A DNA stretch of 63,559 nt, filler included. It is 3 parts of 3 records of this genome, joined end to end, with 100 filler letters (N's around TTAATTAATTAA, not from the genome) between each part and the next. Parts side by side here need not be neighbours in the genome. Positions count along the whole stretch, not along the records: positions 13,523 to 41,091 come from SRR20825019_2162; 2 more parts are not named here. One strand, written 5' to 3'. Positions 27,401 through 37,931 of the stretch are shown in pieces. The notes under the pieces were generated by a model. The model did not search any database. It was not told the DNA's origin and was given only the letters and a program-made list of their open reading frames with translations. The first letter of the stretch is position 1; every line of letters begins with the position of its first letter. Position numbers and translations under genes: made by a program.

Positions 27401-29811
27401 CCGACCGCTACCGACTTGCGAGCAGGCTGATTAGGAAGCATTCCCGCCGCTGACAAAATGTCTTGACGAACATCCCTATCGAGATCCTTGCGGGTCAGCT
27501 CCATTCTTTCCAGCTCTTGTCTCAATATAATTGACTTGGCCCTGCTTACACCCTCATCAGTCGATAAGTCGAACTTGTACTGCCCCCGTGCCGCGGGTGG
27601 CGAATGGGTCTCCTCATCAAAGCTGGAGTCTGAGGATAGTAGGGTTGTCGAGACCGAGGAACAATCTGAATAAGAATCGGCAGATTGGGACCTGGGTGCT
27701 CGTCTTGGGGATGCGCTATGCCGATGCACAGTTGCAGGCCGTTTCTCGTTGTGTACACGGCCTCTGTGGGGGCTACTCGACCTGTGAGTATCTACAGACC
27801 GGCTATCCCGTGGAAGCAACGCACTCCGGGCGGGTCGGCTAGGGCTCTCACGCTTCGGACTTGCCGAACGGGCATGTTTCTTACTGAGAGTAGGTCGCAC
27901 TTTAGGTGGTGGACCAGGGAGCGAGCGTTTCTGTGCCCTCTGAAGAGCTCTCTTCTCCAGAGCTGAAGGGACTTTGCCCGATCCTGGGACACCCTTGCTC
28001 TCGTTGTTCTTGGGAGCCTGTGCGGATCGCAAGGTTGCTTTAGCTTTTGACTCTGGGTTTGACCGAACAGCGCCACCACCCCGAGTACCCATGAGAATAC
28101 CATCAGACTTCTTGCCTTTGGTAGCCTTGAGCTTGCCCTCCCACCTAGCTGATTCGTACTCCTCAATATACCTGGAAAACTTATGCAATTCCTTGGCCAA
28201 ATCATTGCCGCTGGGCTCCTGATTAGTAACGGCAGCCTCGCCTTTTTGCACGGACTTCGCTTGCCCTTCTATTGATGCTGGTGATGCATTTCTACTAGGT
28301 GATTTCCGTTCAGGTTGTGAAGTCACAGCTGCAGAGGAATTGTTCTCCTTCCACCGACTCTTGGACTTCTCTTCTCGCCGCTTCTCCGCTTCTGCCCTAA
28401 TGCGCGCGGCATACTTGGGCATGCAATCTGTTGAAGCAGTCGATGCTGACACGTATGATACATCCGTCTCCGCACTCGATTGCGACAAGAAAGACATTTC
28501 ACGTGCAGGAGATTTCTTCGCGTCCTTGGAAAGATACTTCTTCTCAACATATATTCCTCGTTGTGACGGCTCCCGGTTCTCCTTCTCCTTAGGATGGGTT
28601 CTTACCTTTCCTGCAAATTCCTTCGGTTCATACAATTCGTGTCTGTCGCCAGTGGCAGGCCCTGGAGCATATCGGGGCCCTCCAAGTGTTTCGGGAATGC
28701 CATGAGTCTCGTTCATTCTTCTGTGCGCGTAGTGTGCGGCGTTGATATACGAAGACATTAGTCCAAAAACCCTTTCATCTTGATATCGCATAGAGAAAGC
28801 CCTTCCCGAGAGTGTGTTGAGGAGGCCCTTGTTTTCCTCCATCTGTTGAGAGAAGTCCGCCTTCTCAGCATCCGTTTGAAGAGATGCATTGTATACACTC
28901 TTACTATGGTGAGCATGCTCGGCAACATATGCGGGGACCTTTGGCTCCGCGTCAAGTAGGTGCGAGGGGCGCTTTCGCCGTCTACGCTTCAGGACCCGCG
29001 GTGAGTGGTCGATTGCGCATGTGTGATCTGTCCGGCTTTTGGGGGGCTCAGCGGTTTGTGGGGGCTCGTCGTTCGGCTCCGTTTCCATCTCCTCATTCAT
29101 GTCACGAGATTTGGACATGTCTTTCTCGCTGTCACTGTTATCAGAGTAAGCGTTGTCACTTTCATCGAGACGGAACTCCTTCTCCTTCTGCGGCAGCTTC
29201 TCCTTATTCCGTCGCTCGAGCACCCTCCTCATCATCACCACAGCCTTTTCGGCAGCACGGACTTCATTCGAATCCATCTCCTCACCCTTCGCGCCTGAAG
29301 AACTCCCTTTCTTTTCCCGTTTTCGGGACAATGCTTTCCGCATCATGACGACCGCTCGCTCCGCCCTCTTTATCTCATCAACACTCATATGTTCTGTATC
29401 TCCCGATTCTTCTCTCCTAGTGCTTTCCGATGATATCCTATTTTTCTCCTTCCGTTGCAACACGTTCCGCATCATTAGCACGGCCTTCTCAGCAGCCCTG
29501 ATGTCCTGGGACGACATACCACCTTCAATATGAACATCTTCACCCGGCACATTCGCCTTGGCGCGCTCAGACGATGCTCTTCTGCTGTCTTTTTTTGGCT
29601 GCAGCGCTTCCCGGGCCATAAACACAGCCCTTTCCGCTGACTCGATATCCTGGGATGATATTCTTCTAGTTCCCTCCACTTCGCTTTCTATTTCACCCTC
29701 GCGACCATCCTGTTTAAAATCGCCCGTTTGTTGTGGAATATTTGCGAAAGTAAATTCGGGGGTGGGGGACTTATCGCCACGGATAGCTTTCAGAGCCTTG
29801 ATTTTTGCCAT
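24493..29811 (-). CDS. Large, mostly disordered IQ-motif protein (at least 1772 aa); probably extended 5' by an exon beyond intron 29816-29873
   Basis: 5.3-kb open frame with four IQ motifs (AAQRVQAHYRGYATRK, AATAVQSLVRGALLRK, ATKAIQKVARGYIHRR, AIPVLQRAARGHLARQ). A GTATGC..CAG intron links it in frame to ORF 29861-30094. Confidence 0.85.
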   Translation of the reverse strand: MAKIKALKAIRGDKSPTPEFTFANIPQQTGDFKQDGREGEIESEVEGTRRISSQDIESAERAVFMAREALQPKKDSRRASSERAKANVPGEDVHIEGGMSSQDIRAAEKAVLMMRNVLQRKEKNRISSESTRREESGDTEHMSVDEIKRAERAVVMMRKALSRKREKKGSSSGAKGEEMDSNEVRAAEKAVVMMRRVLERRNKEKLPQKEKEFRLDESDNAYSDNSDSEKDMSKSRDMNEEMETEPNDEPPQTAEPPKSRTDHTCAIDHSPRVLKRRRRKRPSHLLDAEPKVPAYVAEHAHHSKSVYNASLQTDAEKADFSQQMEENKGLLNTLSGRAFSMRYQDERVFGLMSSYINAAHYAHRRMNETHGIPETLGGPRYAPGPATGDRHELYEPKEFAGKVRTHPKEKENREPSQRGIYVEKKYLSKDAKKSPAREMSFLSQSSAETDVSYVSASTASTDCMPKYAARIRAEAEKRREEKSKSRWKENNSSAAVTSQPERKSPSRNASPASIEGQAKSVQKGEAAVTNQEPSGNDLAKELHKFSRYIEEYESARWEGKLKATKGKKSDGILMGTRGGGAVRSNPESKAKATLRSAQAPKNNESKGVPGSGKVPSALEKRALQRAQKRSLPGPPPKVRPTLSKKHARSASPKRESPSRPARSALLPRDSRSVDTHRSSSPHRGRVHNEKRPATVHRHSASPRRAPRSQSADSYSDCSSVSTTLLSSDSSFDEETHSPPAARGQYKFDLSTDEGVSRAKSIILRQELERMELTRKDLDRDVRQDILSAAGMLPNQPARKSVAVGTEGAHVTDQEAKDWNHGRTPIIRHDDVITGQQMGETVIPRDVSAPKPVAPVAEKRSTSAGANHAVQENLGPTSATTETNFNTLKSIHRMYHQQKLSRPGVFRFKGQTTSNQQKATPAPEPTALSEALGDAAAEKMKEESARLDRLEKAVHSLVISMGTALRCTLDHEQGEVANDPKRHSDDFDKSEKNSVGTQSPDMGYAKGSKSTPESTESDGEEDQADDEEDGPLVSKAALKFLIDALAFEAEPKNGEKRKAGEEGIDFSPSSRHGNGFGGLSTANIEYRFYLLLRKTDDEWNAITQRIHSRAQHSRFSVDKRVLRVLRRDPGRWAKILTRLVEQVKMSSRSKRGRDAQGSRNGSPDISTRSPLKRNRTDPEDIRGTESAAIRASFEDDDDVVHSPPPKNRVVRVVFADENDHLTVHALSPPSHRNTKHARSQWTTSVDDIPAPSQYNNMEASSIPAVQGKSSESTTKKAWSGKSPLGRKSRKGSYSRNRSKSSPSPAPRRPVTLDDIYGELALLTSHDDDVTMGECAANFEFQHVHQDTPDYGRTVSQESSALTFEEAFSDAESESHDLSGPLTPRGQHTMGIQQAFGIDQCRGRLVRDDASQEVQDQAAQRVQAHYRGYATRKADVLQVKRAEREEREKAATAVQSLVRGALLRKDIMEKKEATKAIQKVARGYIHRRSPVHERYIKQKEAIPVLQRAARGHLARQMHRRKSVERYAEVAVKDLTVDILRDADVKNMQTHLKSFIGELPAGVDQPTDNGAGVQGDDSGAVAEPDMEPVEGDGTDIVEDHTDQVSTAESKASSAMPTTGFGLHYDVNPGGRASDESRRGMQDDRSSRGSARDGGDSASGFGLASMQEPEPQPPPPPREDRPHPPPDSSMPSSSRDSTHATRAQSTQPTNQKQAPELQRRLSTRKRLTQPVTRAISGIIFGKKRGSTGSESKQKPPRHPGPGRKAPARPAPGTTRR

Positions 29812-31382
29812 GGTCCTGTTTCAACCATACACATTCAGCGTGTACCCGACAGGACAATTGCTAGTTAGCATACCTCTGCAAAACATCGGTGTGTTGACCG
29901 GTTCCATCAACATCCGTGTCGCGCCGGACAGGGGCTTGCTGTGCTTGGGTGGACGTGCTGGGCCCGGTGTGCGTTTCAAAAGGTCGTTGAGGGCCACTTC
30001 CACTTTGTGAAGGGCCGGTCATCGCTAAGTTCAACCCTTTCCCCCCATCTGCGCACAAACTCTTAAAAAGAAGACACAATCTCCTAACAAACATCTAACC
30101 GATACTCCGCTCTCGAGAAAGAGACAGCCTTTGACTTCCATTTTGGAGCCGTGGGTCGAGGGCCTGCCTGTGTGTCTCTGCAGGTGAAATCAGCACTGCC
30201 GTCAGAGCAAGGCGAAACTCCCACCCACCAAAATAACTACTGTATCTTGTCTCCATTTCCCGGAATACCCGGGCACCACCACTTCCGTTAAACGTGTGAA
30301 TCTTACCAACTACTTATGGAGGGAAGCATTTTGCGGAGCTAGGATGGTGCAGGGCTTCTAGAACGCAGCGCTGTACCTGTGGAAAGTGCACGTCCCGGGC
30401 ATAGGGGCTTCCGGGTCAAGGAGGGGGCTGGCCCTGGCTGAGAAATCTCGGAACGTTGGACGGCTAATGATGCCGGCTCGCATTGAGTAGTGCCCGACGG
30501 TCTGGCTGGCCGCCGGCAGGTGCCCGTGTCGCCATTTCAGTGGGGCGGGGGTCAGGTCGGCCACCAAGCCCGGACGCCGGACGCTCCCTGTGCGTCGGGG
30601 TGGACCGGACACGAGCATTTTGTCTCAGCATGCACCGTGACCGAGGCCCGGGCCGCCGGACCCGGTGCCGGTCGCGCTGACCACGCACGGCTGACCGACA
30701 CGGCGCTGTGAGGAGCACCCAAGAGTGCCGGCGTGAGAGTTGCCACAGACAATTGAACGGTTTTTATTGTTTCCCGGCGATCAATCACTGTAACTAGATA
30801 TATCAGTAAATATAGATAAATGCTATGTCCCACAATTCAGCACAAGCTGGAGAACAAGTGTAACTCAAAGGTCTGTCATGACTGCAAAATTTAGAAGTTT
30901 TATCGAGTAATGTAAACTTGATTGTTACTTAACTATTCCTTAATAATGCTTTGATCATCCCGTGTTGTGCCTTATGCGCTCTACGGGTTCCAACTCAGCT
31001 AAAGCTTTCGAAGTTTCTGAACCCAATAAGACTCCAAACTGGATATTGGGTATTAAAACTGCGAAACATTTTTTCATTCACAAAAGCAAGTAATGTACAA
31101 TCATGGACGATCAGGCGGGCGCGTCCGCGTCCGGCCCACTGCAGCGCCCGTGGCGGAGCGTCGGGCGCTCGGCCGCCCTCGTCTCCTTGTTGACCGGCGG
31201 GGAGACAGACCCGCCCGGAGGACAGGGGCGGCGCTGCCTTTGGCCCCTAGCACTCGGGCCCACTGTCGGAGTGACCCCGGTATCCCCCCCCGCGCACTCG
31301 CAACGCCTCCGGCGGTGTAACAAAAGACACCTCACGAATAAAGTTCTATGTCATATTCGGAAAGGACTGACTCGTGCTCAAT

Positions 31383-32635
31383 ATGTCTGCGGTTGGGAAA
31401 TCCCCTAGAGGCAGTCTCATAGTCTCGGAGTCCTCTGGAGACGCCGCCGTCGAGCAAGGGGAGCCAGACTCCGGGCATGACCCGGAAATAACCGAAGTTA
31501 GAGAGACTAATGTACCAAAGCCACAGCGTTGCTGCACTTGCTGGGTATCCCTTATGAACGCAATCCAGGAAGACAAATCATGGTGGAGCATTTTGGTCGT
31601 TTCACTCGTACTATCAGCAGTGATCGTTGCTCAGATCACTCGTGATCTGGATGTTGTGTTTCCGAGTTTGGCGACAGACGATGACACGCTGGCAGCGTGG
31701 ACCATCCCGTTCCTTGTGATTTACGCCTTCCTCCTACAGCTAGTGACTGCCACTTATGTCCTCCGGTTGTGTGCTCTTGGTTGGGATTTTTTCAAGCAGC
31801 CAGTCAACTATGTTGACGTTTCTATACTTGTCTTGGAAAACATCTTGAATATTGTTGTTTGGTCAGTTGTCGAGTTCGAGAACACATTGATTGGTGTTCT
31901 TCTTCCGTATCTTCTCATTCGTTACGTGTTGAAAGTTAAGCCCCTCAGAGTGGTGATCCTTGCATTGCTGAGCTCTTTCAAGACTATAGCGTGGACTATT
32001 GTTACGCTGATGCTTGTAATTTTTGCATTTTGCCAGATGTCACTGCTGTTGTTCTCAGAGAAGGTTGTGTACTTCGAGAGCACACTAGATTCCATGATGA
32101 CTATGGTCCAAGTTATGTCAGGTGATGCCTGGGCTTCGGATGGTGAGTGCCTTGCATTATCCCTTGCAGGTATATCTTACGGATTCACAATAGTTGCAAA
32201 AAAGACCGCCCATGAGTACCCAAAGGCACTTGTCTACTTCTATTTCTTGGTCTATTACTTCATTGTCTCAGTCATCGTTTTGAACGTTGTTACCGCTGTA
32301 TTCATGGATGGTATGCCGACAGTAGGAGGAAACGTATCGGCGACTAATGTTTCTGATTAGCTATCAAGTCGAAAAGCGAGGAGATGGCCGCCTCAAGAGC
32401 ACCAGAGTCACAGGTGTGTCCCATTATTCCTGCATGGATGAATTGCTTATTTTTGCAGGAGCACCGCGATGCCGAACGCCGAAACACTGAATCGGAATTT
32501 GCCGAGACGATGCTTAACCCAGTCGTCAATCAGGATTCAAGCCGGCATGGTGCGGACGGAATAGCAGCTGTACTACACGAACTGGAGAAGATCAACAGAA
32601 GGCTCGACACACTTGAAAGCAAGATTTCAGCTTGA
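31383..32635 (+). CDS. Single-domain 6TM cation channel (Ion_trans; CatSper/BacNav/EukCat-like), 4 exons
   Basis: S2-S3 LRLCALGWDFFKQPVNYVD, pore FESTLDSMMTMVQVMSGDAW, S6 IVLNVVTAVFMD and a short C-terminal coiled coil. Introns 32143-32193, 32311-32360 and 32414-32458. Confidence 0.82.
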
Positions 32636-33284
32636 CAACGCCTTGCACAGCTACACGCAACGGGTTAGGTACAGGCTGACGACAACCTCTCCGTGAAGTG
32701 TTGGCCTCATGAGACCAAGCCCGGTCCGCGTTAATGGGACTGAGGGCAGTACACCCACACCGGGGATGCTATTTTACCCCCTCACCCTACAGTAGTCTTC
32801 TGAGCCCGGCCCTTCATTTAATTAAATGAAGCGACTCCAACCAGACTACGACCACCTGAATCCACATTGCATGAATGAATTGTTTCCCAACGATCATCCT
32901 AAGCCACCATTCCTGAAAATTAAACTCACGACGGTCAGCCGGCGGCGGTGCTTGCCGGACTGATCGGAGGGAGCACCGGACCAGGGCGGGACGCCGTCAC
33001 CAGGCCCCCGCCGCCGCAGCACGCCGCGGGGGCCGGGCGGGCGCCGGCCCGGCGTGCCGCAGTGCAGTCTGCGCCGGGAGTGGCCCGCCCCCGCCCGGAC
33101 CGCCGGCCCGGCCCGGCCGCGCCTGCCATCGTGCGCGGGGTCCGCTGGCGTCGGGCCCGGCTCGGCTGAGTCAGTCTCCCACGACCCAGCACATCCGTCA
33201 CCACTACAGTTTATGTATGGCCGAGCTGCGAGTTTGGGCTACTCATCGAAGGTACAGCACTACTTCTTGGAGTGGGCCGGACCC

Positions 33285-36200
33285 ATGACGGTCACAGAAG
33301 ACAAGCCATGCGAGCTGACAGTACTTCTCCATGTCTTGAAGAGCAAAGAGGCCGCACAAGCTGACGCTGTTCGGGACTGGCTGCACGGAGACGGGGAACT
33401 CCGAGTTGAACACGATGATGCATTGAATTGCTCACAAGTAGGTTGCCTCATAAATTGGCGCACTAGTTATTCAACCTCTCTCAGGCTGAGTTTATTCGCC
33501 ACTTCTTAAACTATGTGCGAGAGTCTGTGTCTCCGTTCCTCGTCCATGCCCCGAACCTGGCCACGAATAGAAGACGCTCTTCGGCCGGTGGCACACCGCC
33601 TGTGATGGCTTCATCAGTGGTATGAAATTCTGTTCAGATCATCGTCAGTGCTAATTACGCTCCATATGCAGCAAGGAGGGAAGCAGAAGAGACGTGTAAC
33701 ACCTGTAGCCGTTTCTCCCACCAACGCCGTGAGTGAGGGCTATATTGGAGATATTGGTGACAAACCGGCCCAGTTTGGCGACGATGTCCGCTCAGAGTTG
33801 CGAGGGAAGTTGAAATCTCATGATATTCCCAAAAAGACGGGGCATGCGCGCAGTTTTGAAAACAGAAGTAGTGGTATTTCTCTTGCTGATTTCATAAAAC
33901 CAAAAGACGCTAAGGGAGAAGCAAACCGCCGGCCCAATATCTCCGCTGAGAAAACACGTGATGTGGTGCAGACTAGCAGTGCGGCATCTTCGGGAGCAAT
34001 TATGAATGATAGGGGAGGAGACGAATACAGCATTGCGCGCATGATACCAGATCCAGACTACGAGTCCATACGGACCTTAGCTGAGATATACGGAATGGTC
34101 TTGCGTGAATTCCTCTCTCCTAATACGGCAAAGGAAATCCATTTGTTGTTTAGGCTTCTGAGTATCGGGAGTTCTTGCGATCCGTTTGGGATAGTCCCCG
34201 ATAGGGGTGAAATGGGTATTGGATTCCCGGTGTCCGGATTCTTCCCGTCGCTGATGGTCGCGCAGGCTATGTCATTCGATCTTCTACTGACTGTGAGCTT
34301 CTCGCGGCCGAAACATTGGCAAGGGTGCGGCCACTCATCGAGCTGTTAAATCCGAAAGTAATCAAGGCACTCAGTACCAACAAGTAAGAATCGAACGGGT
34401 TCGAACAAGTGTAATGTTTTGCTAAAATTTTGATAGGATATTGATGAAAGCCAAGCCGGAATATGCTCACTCTCTACAAGCGACCGTGCAGGTGACGCGA
34501 GACCCTCTTGGAGTGGTGGTCTCCCTTCCTAATCCTTCGTTTCGCAGTCTATTGAAGAGGACAAAGTGAAAAATTCGGCATCCAGTGCAGTCTCCTCCAC
34601 ACTTCATGATGAAGTGATCGTGCCCAATGATGGTCCGGGTTTCATCATGGAAACAGATTCTGCACTTAGGTAGGGCGGTGTGCCAATTGAAAGGAGTTCC
34701 CGGGATTAATTTTGGTGGTAGTTTCCAAACCGCAAAGGAGAAACAAATATATTACAATCGACAGAAGTCCAAGGATGCTTTTCTACATATGAAACGCCAA
34801 TGGGCGAATGCTCAGCTAAGAGAGAATGAAGCAGAGTTTAGAAGAAGTATTGCTGCGGTAAGGCCGCCTTGTACAGTTTGGGAGTGTGATATGACGTTCT
34901 GCTAGGACGTGCGCAATCTCTTTCCGAGTGGTATTGGCGAGGATGATGGGCGGGCCAAAGGAAAGGTCTATGGAAGCACTAGCAGAGGAGAAGTTGTAAC
35001 ACTTCATCCCGCAAATATTGCTTGGTTTGCTTCTTCTGTATTTGTGCCTTCACTTCTGCAGGTATTGACTATGCCCCTAAAGAATACATGTGGTCTCATT
35101 TCTGTGATATCTAGACTAGCACCGGTGATCTGGATACTGATGCAGTGGCGATGAGGTTTAAGCAGCCAAGGGATATTGAGAGGCTGAAGATACTCCAGGT
35201 GTGCTGGATCCAACATGTGGTATTCTGGCAGCTTAGAATTTTTCAGGGGAGGATGAGCACACCTTTCAAAACAAAGCAGGACAGTGACGCCTATGTGGAT
35301 GTTAGGTATTGGTGTTGGCCCCTTGTGGAGGGACCCGATCTCACCTCCTTTTTTAGCAATGAAGACGTCCTTTTCGATAGCAATGAGGAGTTTTACAAGT
35401 TTTTCATAGACCAATGCCAGACTTTTCGATTCATTGCACAGCTTCGAATAGTTCTGGTTAACGTCATTATCCAACTGATGAGAGGATCTAGGTTGCAGAA
35501 CTTCACACTCTCCAGCAGGTACGTTGCAAGTTTCCACGGGTTTAGGACATCCTGATTCGGTAGTAGAGAATCCACTCTTGTAGAAAGGGCGTTGTACTTG
35601 AGCGCAGCGGCGAAATTCCTGGTACTCCAACCAACACCATAATATGCTGACGATTTTTAATGCTAAGTTCACAGGGATACGTTGATTTTTCGGCGGGCTT
35701 CGATATGCTTTCTGGTGAATCTATTGCTATATCAGCCGAATTGGTATGGATATTGTGTCGTAGTCATGTAGAGAACCAACTAACTGCAGTGGCAGAGTCA
35801 ATATGTGGGCATGCGAAATGATGCCAATGTCATGTTAGATGTTACATCTTATTTACAGAGGTATTGTCTATATTCTTCTAGCCTGCCAACTGAGCGTAAC
35901 AGTGTTACCAGGGCAATAGAGGGAAATTTCCTCATCCTTGCTGTTCCGTGGATTGTTCAGTACATGAAAATGGCGAGCAAGGATCCAGTGGCATGCAAGA
36001 CTAAGGTTTACGTGTCTTGTATATGGGGGCTCAAGTCTGCTAGAAATCGCATTTGTAACGAGAAGGTGCCCGGATGATATGTGATTGTGCCATCATGCTG
36101 ACTGTTTTTCAAAGGGACACATCAATTCGATATTGATTATCAGTATCCTCGACGATGGATTGCAAGACCTCCAGGTTGACATTTTGGCAAGGGATGGTCC

Positions 36201-37873
36201 TCCCCCCGAGGTATTTGTAGGCCTTGTTACAGCAGTCCTGTCGCTGATGTGCTATGTGAAAGGTTTCTGGCCTGGGCTCTGTTCAGTGCGAGTGTGATTC
36301 TTTCGATACCAAGGCCAGCGTAGCCGGAGATCGCTTCGAGCGGTGGTTTTGTCCCTACGTTGCAGATTTCGAGTCTGTGTTGATAACAACAACCAATAAT
36401 CAGAGTGCATCAAAGAAGATCACGCCATTGCCGGCCACATCCACACCCCGACCACAAAAACTAGGGCAGCAATCTTCAGATATAGACATCCAGATGCTGC
36501 TTCGAGATGAATTTTTCAAGCAGCATCCGTCCCTCAGCGGCATAGTGGACTCTGTTGTCCGCGCAATGGTTATTGTTGTGGTTTGTGGTTGGCGTCGTGT
36601 CCTTACTTTATACTAGGTTGTAAATGCTGTCTCGGTCGGTCAAGGGAAGCTCGAGAGCCACCTTGAAGCCATCAATAAGCCGAAGCAGGTGCTTTTTGGT
36701 TGTGCGTTTTGTCACGCCATTCGGTCGCTCAAGCTTTGCCTAGGTGACAACGATTACCGAAGTAGAAATAGCTGGGACTGCAGTTTCGCTTGAAGCATCA
36801 AAAACGTACTGTGAAGCTCATGCGACGAGGGAGGCGCTTTCGATACTGGCACCCATTGGGGCTCGAGATGATGTCCTTGACGTAGCAACAACGCTGGCTA
36901 AAAAGTCTGCCACGGAGTTATCATCGAAAGCGTAAGGAACCCTCATCGTCAGAATGTTGAAGAGTGCCTGACTTCCCAATTCAGAGTGACTCCAATGGCA
37001 ACTGCGTATATACGGCACTGGTATCAGAAGCGCGGTGTACCAGAACCCAGTAGTGAAAATATGGAAGTCAGTGGGCAAGGTGCGTCCAGCAAACCTGGTA
37101 TCAGAACAGATGAACAAAACACAAAGGACGTGGAAGGTATTTTGAATGCAATGCACGATTGGCCTATCCGGAAATGTCTTGTCGAAAGGTTTATGGAAAT
37201 TTCTTTGGCGGAACTATCGTCGGTAAGTCCAGTGGGCCTCCAAAGTTCGGCAGTTAGTAACGCTTTGTGAAGGGCGAGAAACTGCGCGTCGCCGCGGGCT
37301 TGCAAAATCTAATATGGAATTGCATTAGCAAGAGTCATGGCATGAGTAGTCCTCATGAATGCAGTGAGTCTGTAGTTATTGACGACTTGTGTTATTGCTT
37401 AGGGATTTCATGTGCAGGTGCCGGAGATGATTCACCGCTGGGTGCAGTTCGTCAAATTACCACAGCCATTCGTCCACATTTCAACTCGTCTCTCGTGAAG
37501 ACTATGCTTCGAAATATCTTGATGATGTAGGAGAAGTATGTACTTATCACGGTAGATGTTGACGTTCATGTTCAGGATGTTCTCGTCGCCACTTTTGACT
37601 CTAGATATGTGTCACGCATGCAGTCACATCGTGAATACATTTTCGCAAAGTGGACTTCTTGCTCCTAGCACCCTCGAAGATGTATTGTGCGAACTTTGGC
37701 ATACGGTGTTAAATGGAGAGACAAGCAACGATTATCTTCTTCTATCCATGGATTTGACCTCGCCCGAGAACTCACGGTTTCCGTGCTGTTCTATCCGGTG
37801 GTTTGGAGGGGGGAGCGCATTCACAAGTTTGAACATACTTCTTGGAATGGCCAAGACCAATACGGAAACCTAG
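33285..37873 (+). CDS. CDAN1: Codanin-1 (CDAN1/discs lost) homologue, many short introns
   Basis: Fragmented ORFs carry codanin motifs KRRVTP (B-domain-like), LAEIYG..L.PN..EIHLLFRLL, LILAVPWIVQYM, KKITP and LRDEFFKQHPSL. Exact exon structure and start were not fully resolved. Confidence 0.75.
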
Positions 37874-37931
37874 GAACATATTGAAGCAAGTATTTTATAT
37901 GTACAAACGAACCTTTGAAAGGGATGTCGAT

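Noticed and set aside
33285-37873. Alternative genetic code or pseudogenisation to explain fragmented ORFs
   Set aside because: The breaks I examined coincide with short GT-AG introns, and long neighbouring genes read cleanly in the standard code using all three stop codons.
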